A DNA stretch of 64,000 nt. Origin: Blepharisma stoltei ATCC 30299 (lineage: Eukaryota > Protista > Ciliophora). A program made the position numbers and the translations under genes. Where the stretch lies: assembly GCA_965603825.1 (NCBI GenBank), contig CBFDEM010000011.1, positions 186,001 to 250,000 on the forward strand, read 5' to 3'. The notes below the pieces were generated by a model. It was not told where the DNA came from, did no database searches, and was given only the letters and a program-made list of their open reading frames with translations. This document shows positions 35,001-44,971 of the stretch, piece after piece (position 1 is the stretch's first letter; each line of letters begins with the position of its first letter).

Positions 35001-37018
35001 AAGGAAAAGTGCAAGAAGAAAAAGAAAGAGCTGATAAGAAATATAACTCTGTATGTGAAGAGTATGAAGACAGACTTAGACAAGAAGCTGACGCATATGA
35101 AGATGATTTAGCAGCCAAAGAAGATGAACTAAGAGACTTAGAAGCTTATTATAATGATGAAATAACTCAGCTAAAACACCAAGCAGGACTTGATACTCAG
35201 AAAATTGAGACTTTAGAGAAATATTTGAGAGATAATAAAGAACAAATTGAAGGGATGCAAAAATCTCATAACTTGTCTATGGAGCAGCTTCAAGAAAGGA
35301 TGAACCAAGAAAGAGCAAGCCTGGTTGAAAAAGTCGAAAAAATGGCCAGTGAGCTTGCAGCGAAAGAAAGAGAACTAAGCACTGCTTCTTATAAAAAAGA
35401 ACAGCTAGAGTCACAATTAGCGAATAAAGAAGCAGAACTTTCTGATGTAAAAGAACAATATGAGCGTGAAAAACAAACTTTGGCTGAAAAATTCGAGCTA
35501 GCCAAGCAGTCTTATCAAAAAATCAATGATGAATACACACAGAAGAAAAGCGATTTTAAGAGAGAAATGGCTTTATCACAGCAGGAAAATGAATTTAAAG
35601 CAAAACGCATTAGCGATTTAGAAAAATCTTTACAAGAAGCTGAAGAAAAATACAATGAAACGTTAAAGAGTCTTAAAGACGAATCAGGTGAAGAACTTTC
35701 CACCACAATCCAAAAATTAACTAAGGAAAAAGAAAGCCTTGAAGAAAAATTAAACCAAAAGAAAAAATCACTAAAAGAATTAGCTACAAATTCATCAAAA
35801 AATATCAGCAGTTTAGAAAAAGAAAAAGCAGTCCTCGCAGAAAAGCTTGCTAATTTAGAAGCCAAAAAGCAAGACATGGAAAACAGACTAAGAGCTGATA
35901 TAGAGCATTTACAAGTCCAGCTTAAAGAAAAAAAGGACTCAGAAAGCACTGACAAAATGTCAGTTCATTTAGAAAATGAAAGACTTAAGACAATGATGCA
36001 AGAAATGGAAAAAGATATATCAGAAAGAAATTCAGCATTCGAAAGAGAACGCATATTATGGGAAAATAAATTTAATTTCCTAACCCAGCAGCGAGACTCC
36101 GCAAAATCAGATTTATTAGAATCCCAACGAAAATTCGATATTACAGTTGAAAACCTTCAAAAGCGCAGCGCAGCAGAAAAAGAAAAACAAGAATCAGCCA
36201 CCAATTTATTGATTTCCTCAATAGAAACACGATTCAACACCCAAATTAAAGACATGCAAGAAGCTCATGCTGCATCATTCACTGAAACTGCAGAAAAAAA
36301 TAAAATTCTCGAAAGAGATTTAAGAGCTGCTAAAGAAGAGCTTGAGCTTGTAAAAAGAGGAAAATCCTCCGAATCAGGGTCACTTGAAAAAAGAATAAAA
36401 GATTTATCAGAAAATGAGCAAAGATTATTAGCTGAAATTGATGCTCTTAAAAAAGATAGAGAAAGAAGAATAGATGAACTTACAGAGTCAGCAAATTATG
36501 AAAGAGAACAGCTCAAAACGAAGCTTGCAGACTATGAAAAGAGAGCGAAAGAAGCTGAGCATCAAAAAGGACAACTGTTCTTAGATCTGGAAAAGGAAAG
36601 AGCTAAGTGGCATATGGATAAAGACCATTTAATGTCTCAAAAAAATGAAGCATTGGATAATCTAGAAAGGTCAGAAAAAAAGAGAGAACTATTAGTAAGA
36701 GAAAATGAGAAGTTAAGGGCTGAAAAAGGGAGAAGGAACGCTGGATTATTTGCTGGAGCAAATCCAGGGGATGATAAATTTAGAAGAGGAGTTGGAGGCT
36801 TCCTAGGGAAAACTGCAGGAGTATCTTTTGAAGAATATTCTAAAGAGAAAGAAAGCCAAGATACAAGCGGAAATTCAAGTCCGAGGAGTTCAAATCAAGG
36901 GACAGCCAGCCCACTTCCTCCACCTATTAGAGCGAGAAGTCCAATATCATCAAGAAGTCATAGATCAAGCTCAGGGTTTGATTTTAACAGGGTAGAAAAG
37001 AAGCCGGATCCGCAGTAA
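32045..37018 (+). CDS. Giant guanylate-binding protein (GBP/atlastin-family GTPase) with very long coiled coil
   Basis: GMYRTGKSYLLN, CTKGIWLWG, DSEG and WILRDF, followed by more than 1000 aa of coiled coil and an S/R/P-rich tail. Confidence 0.93.
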   Translation: MSQRKNLNDDLESGYKSPLSPISATESPRQFQYIDEPIPLVHNSPDGNSFEINPDAIAFLSSLSSPIAIIGVAGMYRTGKSYLLNRVLLDRKGGFGVGPSINPCTKGIWLWGRPIPGTTEDGKPCSIVVLDSEGIGALDEDSDHDTRIFSLALLVSSCFVYNSVGAIDESALQNLSLVVNLTKHIHIKTRQSEETDSEEYAAYMPSFIWILRDFALQLVDAEGESMTSKEYLEKALQPQKGFSDSIEDKNRIRRLLKEFFKDRDCFTLVRPTIHEGDLQNLEEKPLESLRAEFQEQVIQLRKRVIGRIKPKTVNNKCLNGEMLANLVKNYIEAINIGVVPNIESAWNYICKTECTKAVEDAHDIYEKILMSSVSHRFPINEEDLKLLHKEAKEAAMEHFNKIAVGTDREVYLKQLKETLAQKYDGLKADNELEAQRKCEKFLTDNYQIIDQKLKNGELKSFLDFEANLRKLQQYFIERGPDGPFRNEILLEFCLAKYSAASDFFLKNLTNELNLKDQLTNDQILRLETEVREAKEDLMREKDEWHRKFTAAISEKAELAAKEQNLKEQLQNFKQEREQVEKELRASLKNAKSELIQQVEVANNKTWESEEKVKDAERLVNHKEAEFQEAKALLDQKIKYLESSLEESRKREKEYMNDLKSQKKDHTSSVKDIHSRFENQVKNYQSRLEAETEKISELERELEEKENLYERSKSNWEETEIRLKAANDDYLQQLESLKTKLDRKENDTKKKIAELVKEHEAAMNKLQTKYDEVDQKFKQTDETLKTQQVQWQKENAILAQKLEFSEQHYEETKSQLEEERRQHANMLRSIQASSSENAREEVETQLQKLRQKYLEDMKAQEIEIESTKRKFTAQVEDLMKKNAELEFQIKVDTNEWKNKEKNIQEELMTVTDDKNKLQEQCNELQKRMQQFSEEAEAKLKKRIKSLESQLDELRTKTNDELQAANARAESSYQQLKEFYEEEKKRMEGKVQEEKERADKKYNSVCEEYEDRLRQEADAYEDDLAAKEDELRDLEAYYNDEITQLKHQAGLDTQKIETLEKYLRDNKEQIEGMQKSHNLSMEQLQERMNQERASLVEKVEKMASELAAKERELSTASYKKEQLESQLANKEAELSDVKEQYEREKQTLAEKFELAKQSYQKINDEYTQKKSDFKREMALSQQENEFKAKRISDLEKSLQEAEEKYNETLKSLKDESGEELSTTIQKLTKEKESLEEKLNQKKKSLKELATNSSKNISSLEKEKAVLAEKLANLEAKKQDMENRLRADIEHLQVQLKEKKDSESTDKMSVHLENERLKTMMQEMEKDISERNSAFERERILWENKFNFLTQQRDSAKSDLLESQRKFDITVENLQKRSAAEKEKQESATNLLISSIETRFNTQIKDMQEAHAASFTETAEKNKILERDLRAAKEELELVKRGKSSESGSLEKRIKDLSENEQRLLAEIDALKKDRERRIDELTESANYEREQLKTKLADYEKRAKEAEHQKGQLFLDLEKERAKWHMDKDHLMSQKNEALDNLERSEKKRELLVRENEKLRAEKGRRNAGLFAGANPGDDKFRRGVGGFLGKTAGVSFEEYSKEKESQDTSGNSSPRSSNQGTASPLPPPIRARSPISSRSHRSSSGFDFNRVEKKPDPQ

Positions 37019-37125
37019 GACTATAATTTAAGTAATAGCCAAATTATATTTACTTAAGAAATAATAGCAAAAATAAGGTGAAAGCAAAATAAACCTGATT
37101 GCTTTTGATTAAAAGCTTAATTTTA

Positions 37126-37425
37126 TTAAGCATCTCTGTGCTTTTTCATGATTTCCATAAATTCATCTAACTCAATAACACCATTGTGATTGACGTCAGC
37201 TTCTTCTATCATTTCTCTGATTTCTTGAGTACTTGAATTGTCTCCTGACACTTGCTGCATTACTGTTTCAAGTTCTAGCCTTTCAATGAGCCCATTATGA
37301 TTTCTGTCAAATAATCTAAAAAGATCTGGCAGTTTAGAGTTGTCGGAGTGCATATAAAAATCTTGCATAAGGCTTGCAAATCTGTTTAGCTCTGCCTGTG
37401 AGAGCTCAAGCTTTATACCAGCCAT
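37126..37425 (-). CDS. Small two-EF-hand calmodulin-like protein
   Basis: EF loops DRNHNGLIERLE and DVNHNGVIELDE. Confidence 0.88.
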   Translation of the reverse strand: MAGIKLELSQAELNRFASLMQDFYMHSDNSKLPDLFRLFDRNHNGLIERLELETVMQQVSGDNSSTQEIREMIEEADVNHNGVIELDEFMEIMKKHRDA

Positions 37426-37882
37426 AGTTTTTATAATACTTTATAACGAATATTTTTTCCTTTTAAATTATCATCAATAATTTTTAATCAAGGATATGAA
37501 GAAATAAATTTCAGTTGAAAAGGAAAACTAAGTGGAAAAAAAGATTCCAGGACTTTAAAATTAAGAAGAAAAATGCTAGATATTGGGCTTTAATAAGCGA
37601 TAATTGTCTAGTTAAATTAAGTTTTTAAATAGGGTGATTTAAATAAAATTTAGCAAAGTGTATTTAGCTGCAATTATTCTGAACTTAAGAATGATTTTAT
37701 CCTTTAATATTAAACAGTTATTTATAATTATATATACATTAAAGTTAAGAATTATGGAAAATATTAGATTTAATTATAAATTATTCTTTTACTTTATACG
37801 TGCTATATCCAATATCGCTAAAAAGATTAATTTTAAAATGATACTTTATTCAGTTTTCAATTGTTCCATAACATACTTTTCC

Positions 37883-38161
37883 TTAAAATAAGAATTTCCA
37901 GGCAACAACAAATATCATAACACAAACTCCTACAACATAAATCGCCACCCTTGTTTCACTTTGGGCCAGCAGCTGATCTAATGCTTGATTTGTCCTTTGT
38001 AGCAGCCCACCTGAATGCTCATAGGCGATTGCAATTTTCTTAACCCTCTGTTTATCCATTTCAAGATCATCCTTCAATAAAATGCTATAGCTCTTTATTT
38101 CTCCCACAGCACTCCTCAGGACTTCCTTCTTTTCTAACAAGTCATTCTCAATAGTCCTCAT
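37883..38161 (-). CDS. Small tail-anchored SNARE (Bet1/Qc-like)
   Basis: One heptad region plus C-terminal TM VAIYVVGVCVMIFVVAW. Confidence 0.7.
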   Translation of the reverse strand: MRTIENDLLEKKEVLRSAVGEIKSYSILLKDDLEMDKQRVKKIAIAYEHSGGLLQRTNQALDQLLAQSETRVAIYVVGVCVMIFVVAWKFLF

Positions 38162-38266
38162 ATTTAATAAATTTTATTACAATTAATAATCTCTTTTTGT
38201 TAGAAGTTTCTGGTTTATAGTTAGATTTATTAGAAGACTAATTACTGCGCAATTTTAAGCGTTAAT

Positions 38267-40648
38267 TTATTTATGCCTTCTTGTAGGTGAGCCGCCAACT
38301 TCTCCAGCCCATGCCTTTTGGGTAGGCTGAGGATCAGTATTCCATGCATTCTTCATCATGAGATCAAAGTACCTGTCATCATCAATAGAAGCAGAAACGT
38401 GGTTGTAGTACTCAGTGAACTCTTCTAATGTAATTCTATGATCTCTTGTATCTTCTTTAAATGAAGCGTGATGGGCTTCAAAGGTGTCTAAAAATTCACA
38501 CAAAATGTCATCTTCTGTCTTCTTGCCAGACCTTACGTCAGGGTGGTTAGTTGCATTGTAAACACCTCTGATATCGTCAATTTCGACAATGCCATTGCCG
38601 TTTTTATCAAGCTTGTTGAAGCACTGAGTGACAATGTGCTTTCTAAAGTTATTCATTTCTCCTCTGACTCTATGGACGAATTCTTCATAATCAATAGATC
38701 CGCTTCTATCAGCATCAAAGAAAGTGAATAATCTTCTTGAATCATCGTCAGAGAAGCCAGTTCTGAAATCTTTCATTGCTTTGGTGAACTCTTCTAAGCT
38801 TAAATTTCCTGACCCATCATCGTCCATTATCTTGAAAAGTTTAGCAATTCCTACAAACCCTCTGGCTCCGCCACGGGCATTTAGTTTTACTCTTAGCTGC
38901 TCAATCAGTCCGTCAACAGTTTGGTTGGCTGTATTTCTGATTGAAGATCTGCTGCCATAATCAATTGCTTGTTCTGTTGTACCGAATGGGCTTTGAGCTT
39001 GTTGGTATTTTCTTCTGGAGCCATAGCTGAAGTCTTGTGAAGCCCAGGCTTCTTTTTTGTCAGGTTCTCCTTGAAGTTTCCAAGCATTGTTCATCATAAG
39101 CTCAAAGTATTGGTCATTGTCAATGCTTGCTGAGACATTGGCGTAATATTCTTCGAACTCTTGTTTGGTTACTCTTTGGTCTCTTTGAGAAAGGTCACTG
39201 ATATTGTGGTGGGTTTCAAAGGTTTCTAAGAATTCACCTAAAACTTGGTCTTCAGTCTTTTTTCCGCTTTTTACGTCTGGGTGGCCTCTGGCGTCATAAA
39301 CACCTCTGAGGTCAGTGATATCAACTACTCCGCTTCCATCTCTGTCTAGCTTAGTCCAGGCTTGATTGACGATGTTCTTTCTGAAATCGTTTAATGGCCC
39401 TCTGATTGCACGGATTAATTCGTCGAAATCTACAGTCCCACTTCTGTCTCTGTCAATTCCATTGAAAAGTATAGTGATTTCTTCATCAGAAATGCTGACT
39501 CTGAAGTCATGAATGCCCTTAGTGAATTCTGCTCTTGACAGTGTTTTGCTATTATCGTCATCAATGATTTTGAAGGTTCTTTGGATACCGATGATTCCTC
39601 TTGTGCCTCTGGCTGCAAGTTTAGCTCTAAAAGCTTCAAAAATTGCAGCAGATTCTCTAGTTGGTCCTTGGTAGCGAGCTTCTCCTTTGGTCTCCTCCTT
39701 TCTTTCTTCTCTTGGGGCAGCTGTTTCGTTAAGTTTCCATGTGTTTGTCATCATCAATTCAAAGTACTGGTCATTGTCAATTGACATAGAAATGTTGTTA
39801 TAGTACTCTTGGAACTCTTCTCTGGTGATTTTCTGGTCATTTTGTCCACCACCGATATTATGATGCATTTCAAAGGTCTCCAAGAATTCCCCTAAGACTT
39901 GATCTTCTGACTTCTTGCCTGCTTTCACGTCTGGGTGGTTTCTTGCACTGTAGGTCCCTCTGATATCATTAATATCAAGTACTCCTGAATGATCAGTGTC
40001 AATTTTACTAAAAGCTCTGGTCACCAGTGCAGTCCTAAACTCGTTCATTGGTCCTCTGACAGCTCTTAAAAACTCGTCATAATCGATATTTCCTGATCTA
40101 TTTCTATCGATATACCCAAACAGTGACTGGATTTCAGCATCGCTCAAATCAACTGCAAAATCCTTCATAGCTTTGGTGAATTCTTGGAAGTCTAGGTTCT
40201 TCGAATTGTCGTCATCCATAATCTTGAACTGACGCTGGAGGCCAATGATTCCTCTTCCTCCTCTTTCTGCAAGCTTATTTCTGAGCTTGATGATAGCTCT
40301 TTCACCTTGTTCGAGCTGAGCTGGGGTAAGTCCTTGAGGAGCTGCTGCTTTTTGTCTAAGCTTTTGTTCACCAAATAAAACTGCACTGAATTCTTTGTAG
40401 TCAAGGGTGCCATTGCTATCAACGTCGTAAATATTGAAAAGTTCTTGGAGACGTTTTGGGTCTTGATAAGTCATCCCAACTTTTTCTAAAGCTTTAGTCC
40501 ATTCTTCGAAGCTTAAAGTTCCGGAGTTGTCCATGTCGAAGTATTTGAAGGATTTCAACAAAATACTTTCCTCGGTGAGACGACCTGTTACACGTTGAGA
40601 GAGCTTTTGTTTCAGTTCACGCTCGAAAGGACCACGATTTTCTGCCAT
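38267..40648 (-). CDS. Multi-EF-hand protein with three tandem calcyphosin-like modules
   Basis: Three copies of RGxxG..FKIxDDDxS..L..EF...DRxRSGxxDxxE....RGxxNxFR...HPDVxxGKKxED...EYY..xSxSIDxDxYFxLMM.N.W. Confidence 0.93.
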   Translation of the reverse strand: MAENRGPFERELKQKLSQRVTGRLTEESILLKSFKYFDMDNSGTLSFEEWTKALEKVGMTYQDPKRLQELFNIYDVDSNGTLDYKEFSAVLFGEQKLRQKAAAPQGLTPAQLEQGERAIIKLRNKLAERGGRGIIGLQRQFKIMDDDNSKNLDFQEFTKAMKDFAVDLSDAEIQSLFGYIDRNRSGNIDYDEFLRAVRGPMNEFRTALVTRAFSKIDTDHSGVLDINDIRGTYSARNHPDVKAGKKSEDQVLGEFLETFEMHHNIGGGQNDQKITREEFQEYYNNISMSIDNDQYFELMMTNTWKLNETAAPREERKEETKGEARYQGPTRESAAIFEAFRAKLAARGTRGIIGIQRTFKIIDDDNSKTLSRAEFTKGIHDFRVSISDEEITILFNGIDRDRSGTVDFDELIRAIRGPLNDFRKNIVNQAWTKLDRDGSGVVDITDLRGVYDARGHPDVKSGKKTEDQVLGEFLETFETHHNISDLSQRDQRVTKQEFEEYYANVSASIDNDQYFELMMNNAWKLQGEPDKKEAWASQDFSYGSRRKYQQAQSPFGTTEQAIDYGSRSSIRNTANQTVDGLIEQLRVKLNARGGARGFVGIAKLFKIMDDDGSGNLSLEEFTKAMKDFRTGFSDDDSRRLFTFFDADRSGSIDYEEFVHRVRGEMNNFRKHIVTQCFNKLDKNGNGIVEIDDIRGVYNATNHPDVRSGKKTEDDILCEFLDTFEAHHASFKEDTRDHRITLEEFTEYYNHVSASIDDDRYFDLMMKNAWNTDPQPTQKAWAGEVGGSPTRRHK

Positions 40649-41458
40649 TACTTTTTATCAAAATGGATTGCTTATTATTTCAGATGAATTTTTACAAGTC
40701 ATTAGAAAAAAACTTTGGGAATGTTTATAATTTTGAAAAGAGAAGAAAAGAAAAAATTAAATTAAATGAAAAATGTTTTTTTGCTTTTTTAAGGAGGACT
40801 TTTTTATAGAGAGATCAAAAAGGCAATAAAACTCTGTCTATTTTTTTTTGATTTTAGTAATAAAATTACTTGTTTGAGTTTGTTTATAAATCATTGATTA
40901 AAAATTAATTTATGAGTAAAATTGGCTACTTGGTTAATTTTACAAGCAAAATAGAAATAATTATTTAGATGCTCAATTTTAAAACTGAAATAAATTAAAT
41001 GTATAATTATATATGTGGCTTAATTGCTGATAAAGTATGGCATTTTAAATAGCTCTTGATTTATCTTTATTAAGAACTAAGGGCCTCAGCTTATGGCGCT
41101 AGGTAAGATGCATTCCGGATTTAATTTTAGCAATATTTTCAAATCCGTCTTTTCATCTATTTAAATTTTATGATGCAATCACTTGATTTATACTCATATT
41201 CAATATGCTATCTCATAGCTATTTCTATAAACTCTTCTATAACATTAAATATAATTAGCACATCAAAACATCAACTCATTTATTTACATTAAGCCAAAAT
41301 AACCAATCTTTATAGAAGAATTCACATCAGTTATCATTTAACTCACAATTTAGAAGAATATTTTCAAAAATCCAAAATATTTTGCATGATGATTTTATTT
41401 TTGAATATTTATTTATTTCTTACAAAGTATATTGGGTGTAAACAGTCTAAATATTGAT

Positions 41459-41698
41459 TTAATTAGGGAAGTCTGTATGTGGCTCTTGAAGTTTAGCTAA
41501 TCTCTCTAATTGCCTTACAAATGTTTTTTGGAAAGATTCTTGGTAGCGATCTTGACACATAGCCAGACATTGCTTTTCATTTGAGGTGAGATCATCAGAA
41601 GGCTTTGCAATGCATTTGTCAAAACACCCTTTCAGAAGTCCTTGGAGCATCAAAGCAAGCATATGGTTTTGCATTTGGGCCTGAAGCTGATCTTCCAT
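41459..41698 (-). CDS. Small Tim mitochondrial intermembrane-space chaperone (Tim13/Tim8-like)
   Basis: Twin CX3C: CFDKC..KPSDDLTSNEKQCLAMCQDRY. Confidence 0.9.
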   Translation of the reverse strand: MEDQLQAQMQNHMLALMLQGLLKGCFDKCIAKPSDDLTSNEKQCLAMCQDRYQESFQKTFVRQLERLAKLQEPHTDFPN

Positions 41699-42022
41699 AT
41701 TTTATTATAAGCTGATTTCCACAGGATTTTAATTATAAAATTGTGTGCTATTACATTTTATAAATTATCTTGGTCGATATCTTTATTGCTGGATTCCATT
41801 ACTTTTGAATTATCCGATATTTTTTTAAATTGATCTATCAAAGTTTCTTGAAAAGTAAGAAAATTAGGCTTTAAGAATTTATTTTAGCTAAAAATTAGCT
41901 CATAATCTCAATGGCTATAGCATTCATTATTTTTAGCAACTTCTACTTGCATAAAGATTTTATTATATGTGCTTTAATAGCTTATTATACTCAAATTACA
42001 CTAAAATTTGTCATTATTTTAA

Positions 42023-43411
42023 TTAGACTCGGTTCATCATGGCTAAGAATTCCATATAATCGATTCTTCCATCCCCATTTTTATCAGTTTCCCTCATAAT
42101 TTCTTGAATATCATCATCACTTATTAATACAGACAAATCTCCTCCTGTCAGCACCTCTCTAAGCTCATCATTGGTAATAAACCCACTTCTATCATGGTCA
42201 AAATGCTGAAAAGCAGTCTTAAGAAGTCCTTGATCCAAGTAAGTTTGGTTATATAAGCAAGCTGCCAAGAACTCTGTATAGTCTATTTTCCCATTTCGAT
42301 TTGAATCCAAAACTGAAAAAGTCGTTTCTAGTGTATCGCTATCTATATTTATCCCGCCCATTCTCATACCTTGATGCAGTTCTACCCTTGTAATAGTCCC
42401 ATCTCCACTTGTATTGATTGATTTAAAAATCTTTTTTAGGTTTTCTATATCTTTTTCAGAAAGTTTTGATGCAATAAACATCAAAGTGACCCTTTTTAAT
42501 TTTTGAGCATGAGAAAACGACTGTATCCCATCAAAAACTTCAGGTACTAATGGACATTGTGGTGTTGGTGCTAGCCCTTGAATTCATGGATGATGATATG
42601 CTTGTTTTGCATTCCATCTAATATCTGGGTCTTTTACAAGCAATCTTGCAATTAAATCTTTAGCGTGATCTGAGACAGTCGCAAAAGGCTTTGGTCTGAA
42701 TGACCAATAGCCATTAAACACGCTCATCATAATTTCATTATTGTCTTTCCCATTAAATGGCGGTGTCCCTCCTAGCATTATGTATAAAATCACCCCAAGT
42801 GACCAGCAATCTACTTGCTTTGTGTAGGACCCTGTTAGAATTTCTGGAGCCATGTAGTAAGGAGTTCCGTCTACTGCGTGCATAAGTTCAGCTTCATTAA
42901 GGACTTTGGAAAGCCCAAAATCGATTAACTTTAATTCGCTGTCTGAACTAGTGTCGACGAACAGACAATTTTCAGGCTTTATGTCTCTGTGGCAGACGTG
43001 ATTCTGATGGCAATACATAGTTGCCGAAAACAAGTTTTTCATTATTTGAGCTGCTTGAGGCTCACTAAGAGTTCTTTGAGAAGTAATTCTCTGGAACAGT
43101 TCTCCACCTTGGCAGTGTTCCAGAACCAAAAAGCACAATCGATCAGTTTCGAAAGTTTCAATTACATTGACTATATTCGGATGATCCAGGGCCTTTAAAA
43201 TGGTTATTTCGTTGCAGAAAGTTCCGTAGTCTCGGACACGGTTTTTTTGCACAACTTTCACAGCCCTTAATATACCACTAGTATTATCCCTTGCCTGGAA
43301 AACTTTCCCATACGCCCCGCTTCCTATTTCTTTTTCAAAAGTATAGCAAGTGGTTATGTCTACTGTACGTGAAGACACCAACCACTGTTTTTTGATAACA
43401 AGTTCAGCCAT
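42023..43411 (-). CDS. Calcium-dependent protein kinase (CDPK)
   Basis: Kinase domain (GSGAYG, HRDIKPEN, DFG) joined through TGA 42584-42586 (HHP-W-IQ) to a junction and four EF-hands. Confidence 0.95.
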
Positions 43412-44168
43412 TTGATAGATGCTTTTTAAAATTTATAACATTTTATTTAGCAAGCTAATGCTATGCTTCGAAAAAGCATTTTTTATCATGGAGTAGTAAA
43501 TCAGCTATTGGGCTTAATTGACATATTTGTAAGAATTATTTTTCAAGATCAGGATTTAATTATTCATCCTATATTTTTTTTTGAATTTTTAACTAAATAA
43601 AATATGAAAGTAAATAACTAAAATTCAATAAGCTAAATACTCTAATAACTAATCAATTCTTTAATAATTATTAGTCAAAATTTGCAAAATCTTGTTTAAA
43701 AAACTCTTTTGCAATAAATAGATTTTAAACTGTTTGCGTCACATTAATCATTTACCTTTTTACGAAAAATACCAATAATTAGATAATCAATTTACTAATT
43801 TCTAAATTATAAATATCATTGGCCTTCTAGATATTCTTTAAATATTATGTCAAATATGATGAATCTATATATAATTTAACTTTACTGTTTAAAATTGTTA
43901 GCTATTTTTTATAATCATATTAAAATAAACTAAAACATAGATTTATAAATAGATTAGCTGAGATTTTTAAGATTCTAAAAATATTAATATAAATTTAATA
44001 TTGAGCGTGAAAAATAATTGTGGTCGCTTTTAAAGGTTGGTAAATTATCCTGCTTTGCATAATTTCTATAAGGTTAGAGAAGCAAATTTAATTAAATTAA
44101 AAAGTTATCACTGCAATTCACAATAATTTCAAGTTAAAATTGGAGACTTATAATAATCGTTGAATTTA

Positions 44169-44909
44169 ATGGACACCTGGAGAAAATGGATTGGAGAAGC
44201 ACATGGAACAGCGCTCCTAACTTTCATATATGTAGTTACCAAAGGAGATCCAGCAGCTGTTGGTCTTGGCTACTGAATCATTGTTATTGGATGTGGGTTT
44301 ATTGGCTCAGCTCATTTTAATCCTATAATAACTTTATCGGTTTTTGCTAACAAGATTTATTTCCGGACTTTAAGCAATGAAGAATCACATGAATTTATAG
44401 GAAATTTATTTTTACAAGTAATTGGGTCCGTAATCGGCGGTGTTCTTGGAACACTTATAACTGGCAGCGACCACTACCACATTAAAATCAGCGAAAACGC
44501 ATCATACTTTGAAGCGATTTTAGCAGAAGCATTTTTTACTAGCCAAATAATCCTTGTTTTCTTGATTATTCAACAAAGAACTGAAATGAAAATTCTTTCC
44601 AGCTCTGCAGTTGCAATGACATTGTTTGCATCAGCTATGGCTTGCAAACAAATTTCTGGGAGTTGCTTTAACCCTACTCTTTGTATGGCAGTTGATTTAG
44701 TAAAAACAGTCCACTTCTGGGATATCCATATGATTAAGCACATATGGGTTTATGTCTTAGGGCCTGCAATCGGTGGTCTAATCGGCGTCTTTTTCAGTTG
44801 TATTTTTTTGGGCGATAAGCAATATAAGCCTAGCCCCAGCATCTTAAAAGAAAATAACTCAAGTATATGGAAAAATTCTGAGCATTCAGTCTCGAATTCG
44901 AAAGGATAA
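44169..44909 (+). CDS. Aquaporin/MIP channel with non-canonical NPI and NPT motifs
   Basis: ATG 44169; WIGEAHGTALL, TGA=Trp at 44274, SAHFNPIIT, ILAEAFFT, GSCFNPTL and WVYVLGPAIGG. Confidence 0.88.
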
Positions 44910-44971
44910 ATTAATTATTAAGAATAATCCTTGAAATTTTCACACTTCAAAAATATTCTTGAATATTTTTA

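Noticed and set aside
33536-35955. Multiple antisense ORFs (F/S/L-rich) inside the GBP gene, and similar ones elsewhere
   Set aside because: Shadow ORFs produced by the reverse complement of E/K-rich codons.
37658-37891. 77-aa plus-strand ORF
   Set aside because: GTG start and extreme I/F/Y/N composition typical of AT-rich spacer.
40650-44168. Long AT-rich spacers (40650-41458, 43412-44168; also 13110-13959 and 20363-21386) as retained IESs or MITEs
   Set aside because: I could not identify terminal inverted repeats or target-site duplications by eye, and no CDS is interrupted by an IES-like insert; MAC/MIC read comparison would be needed.
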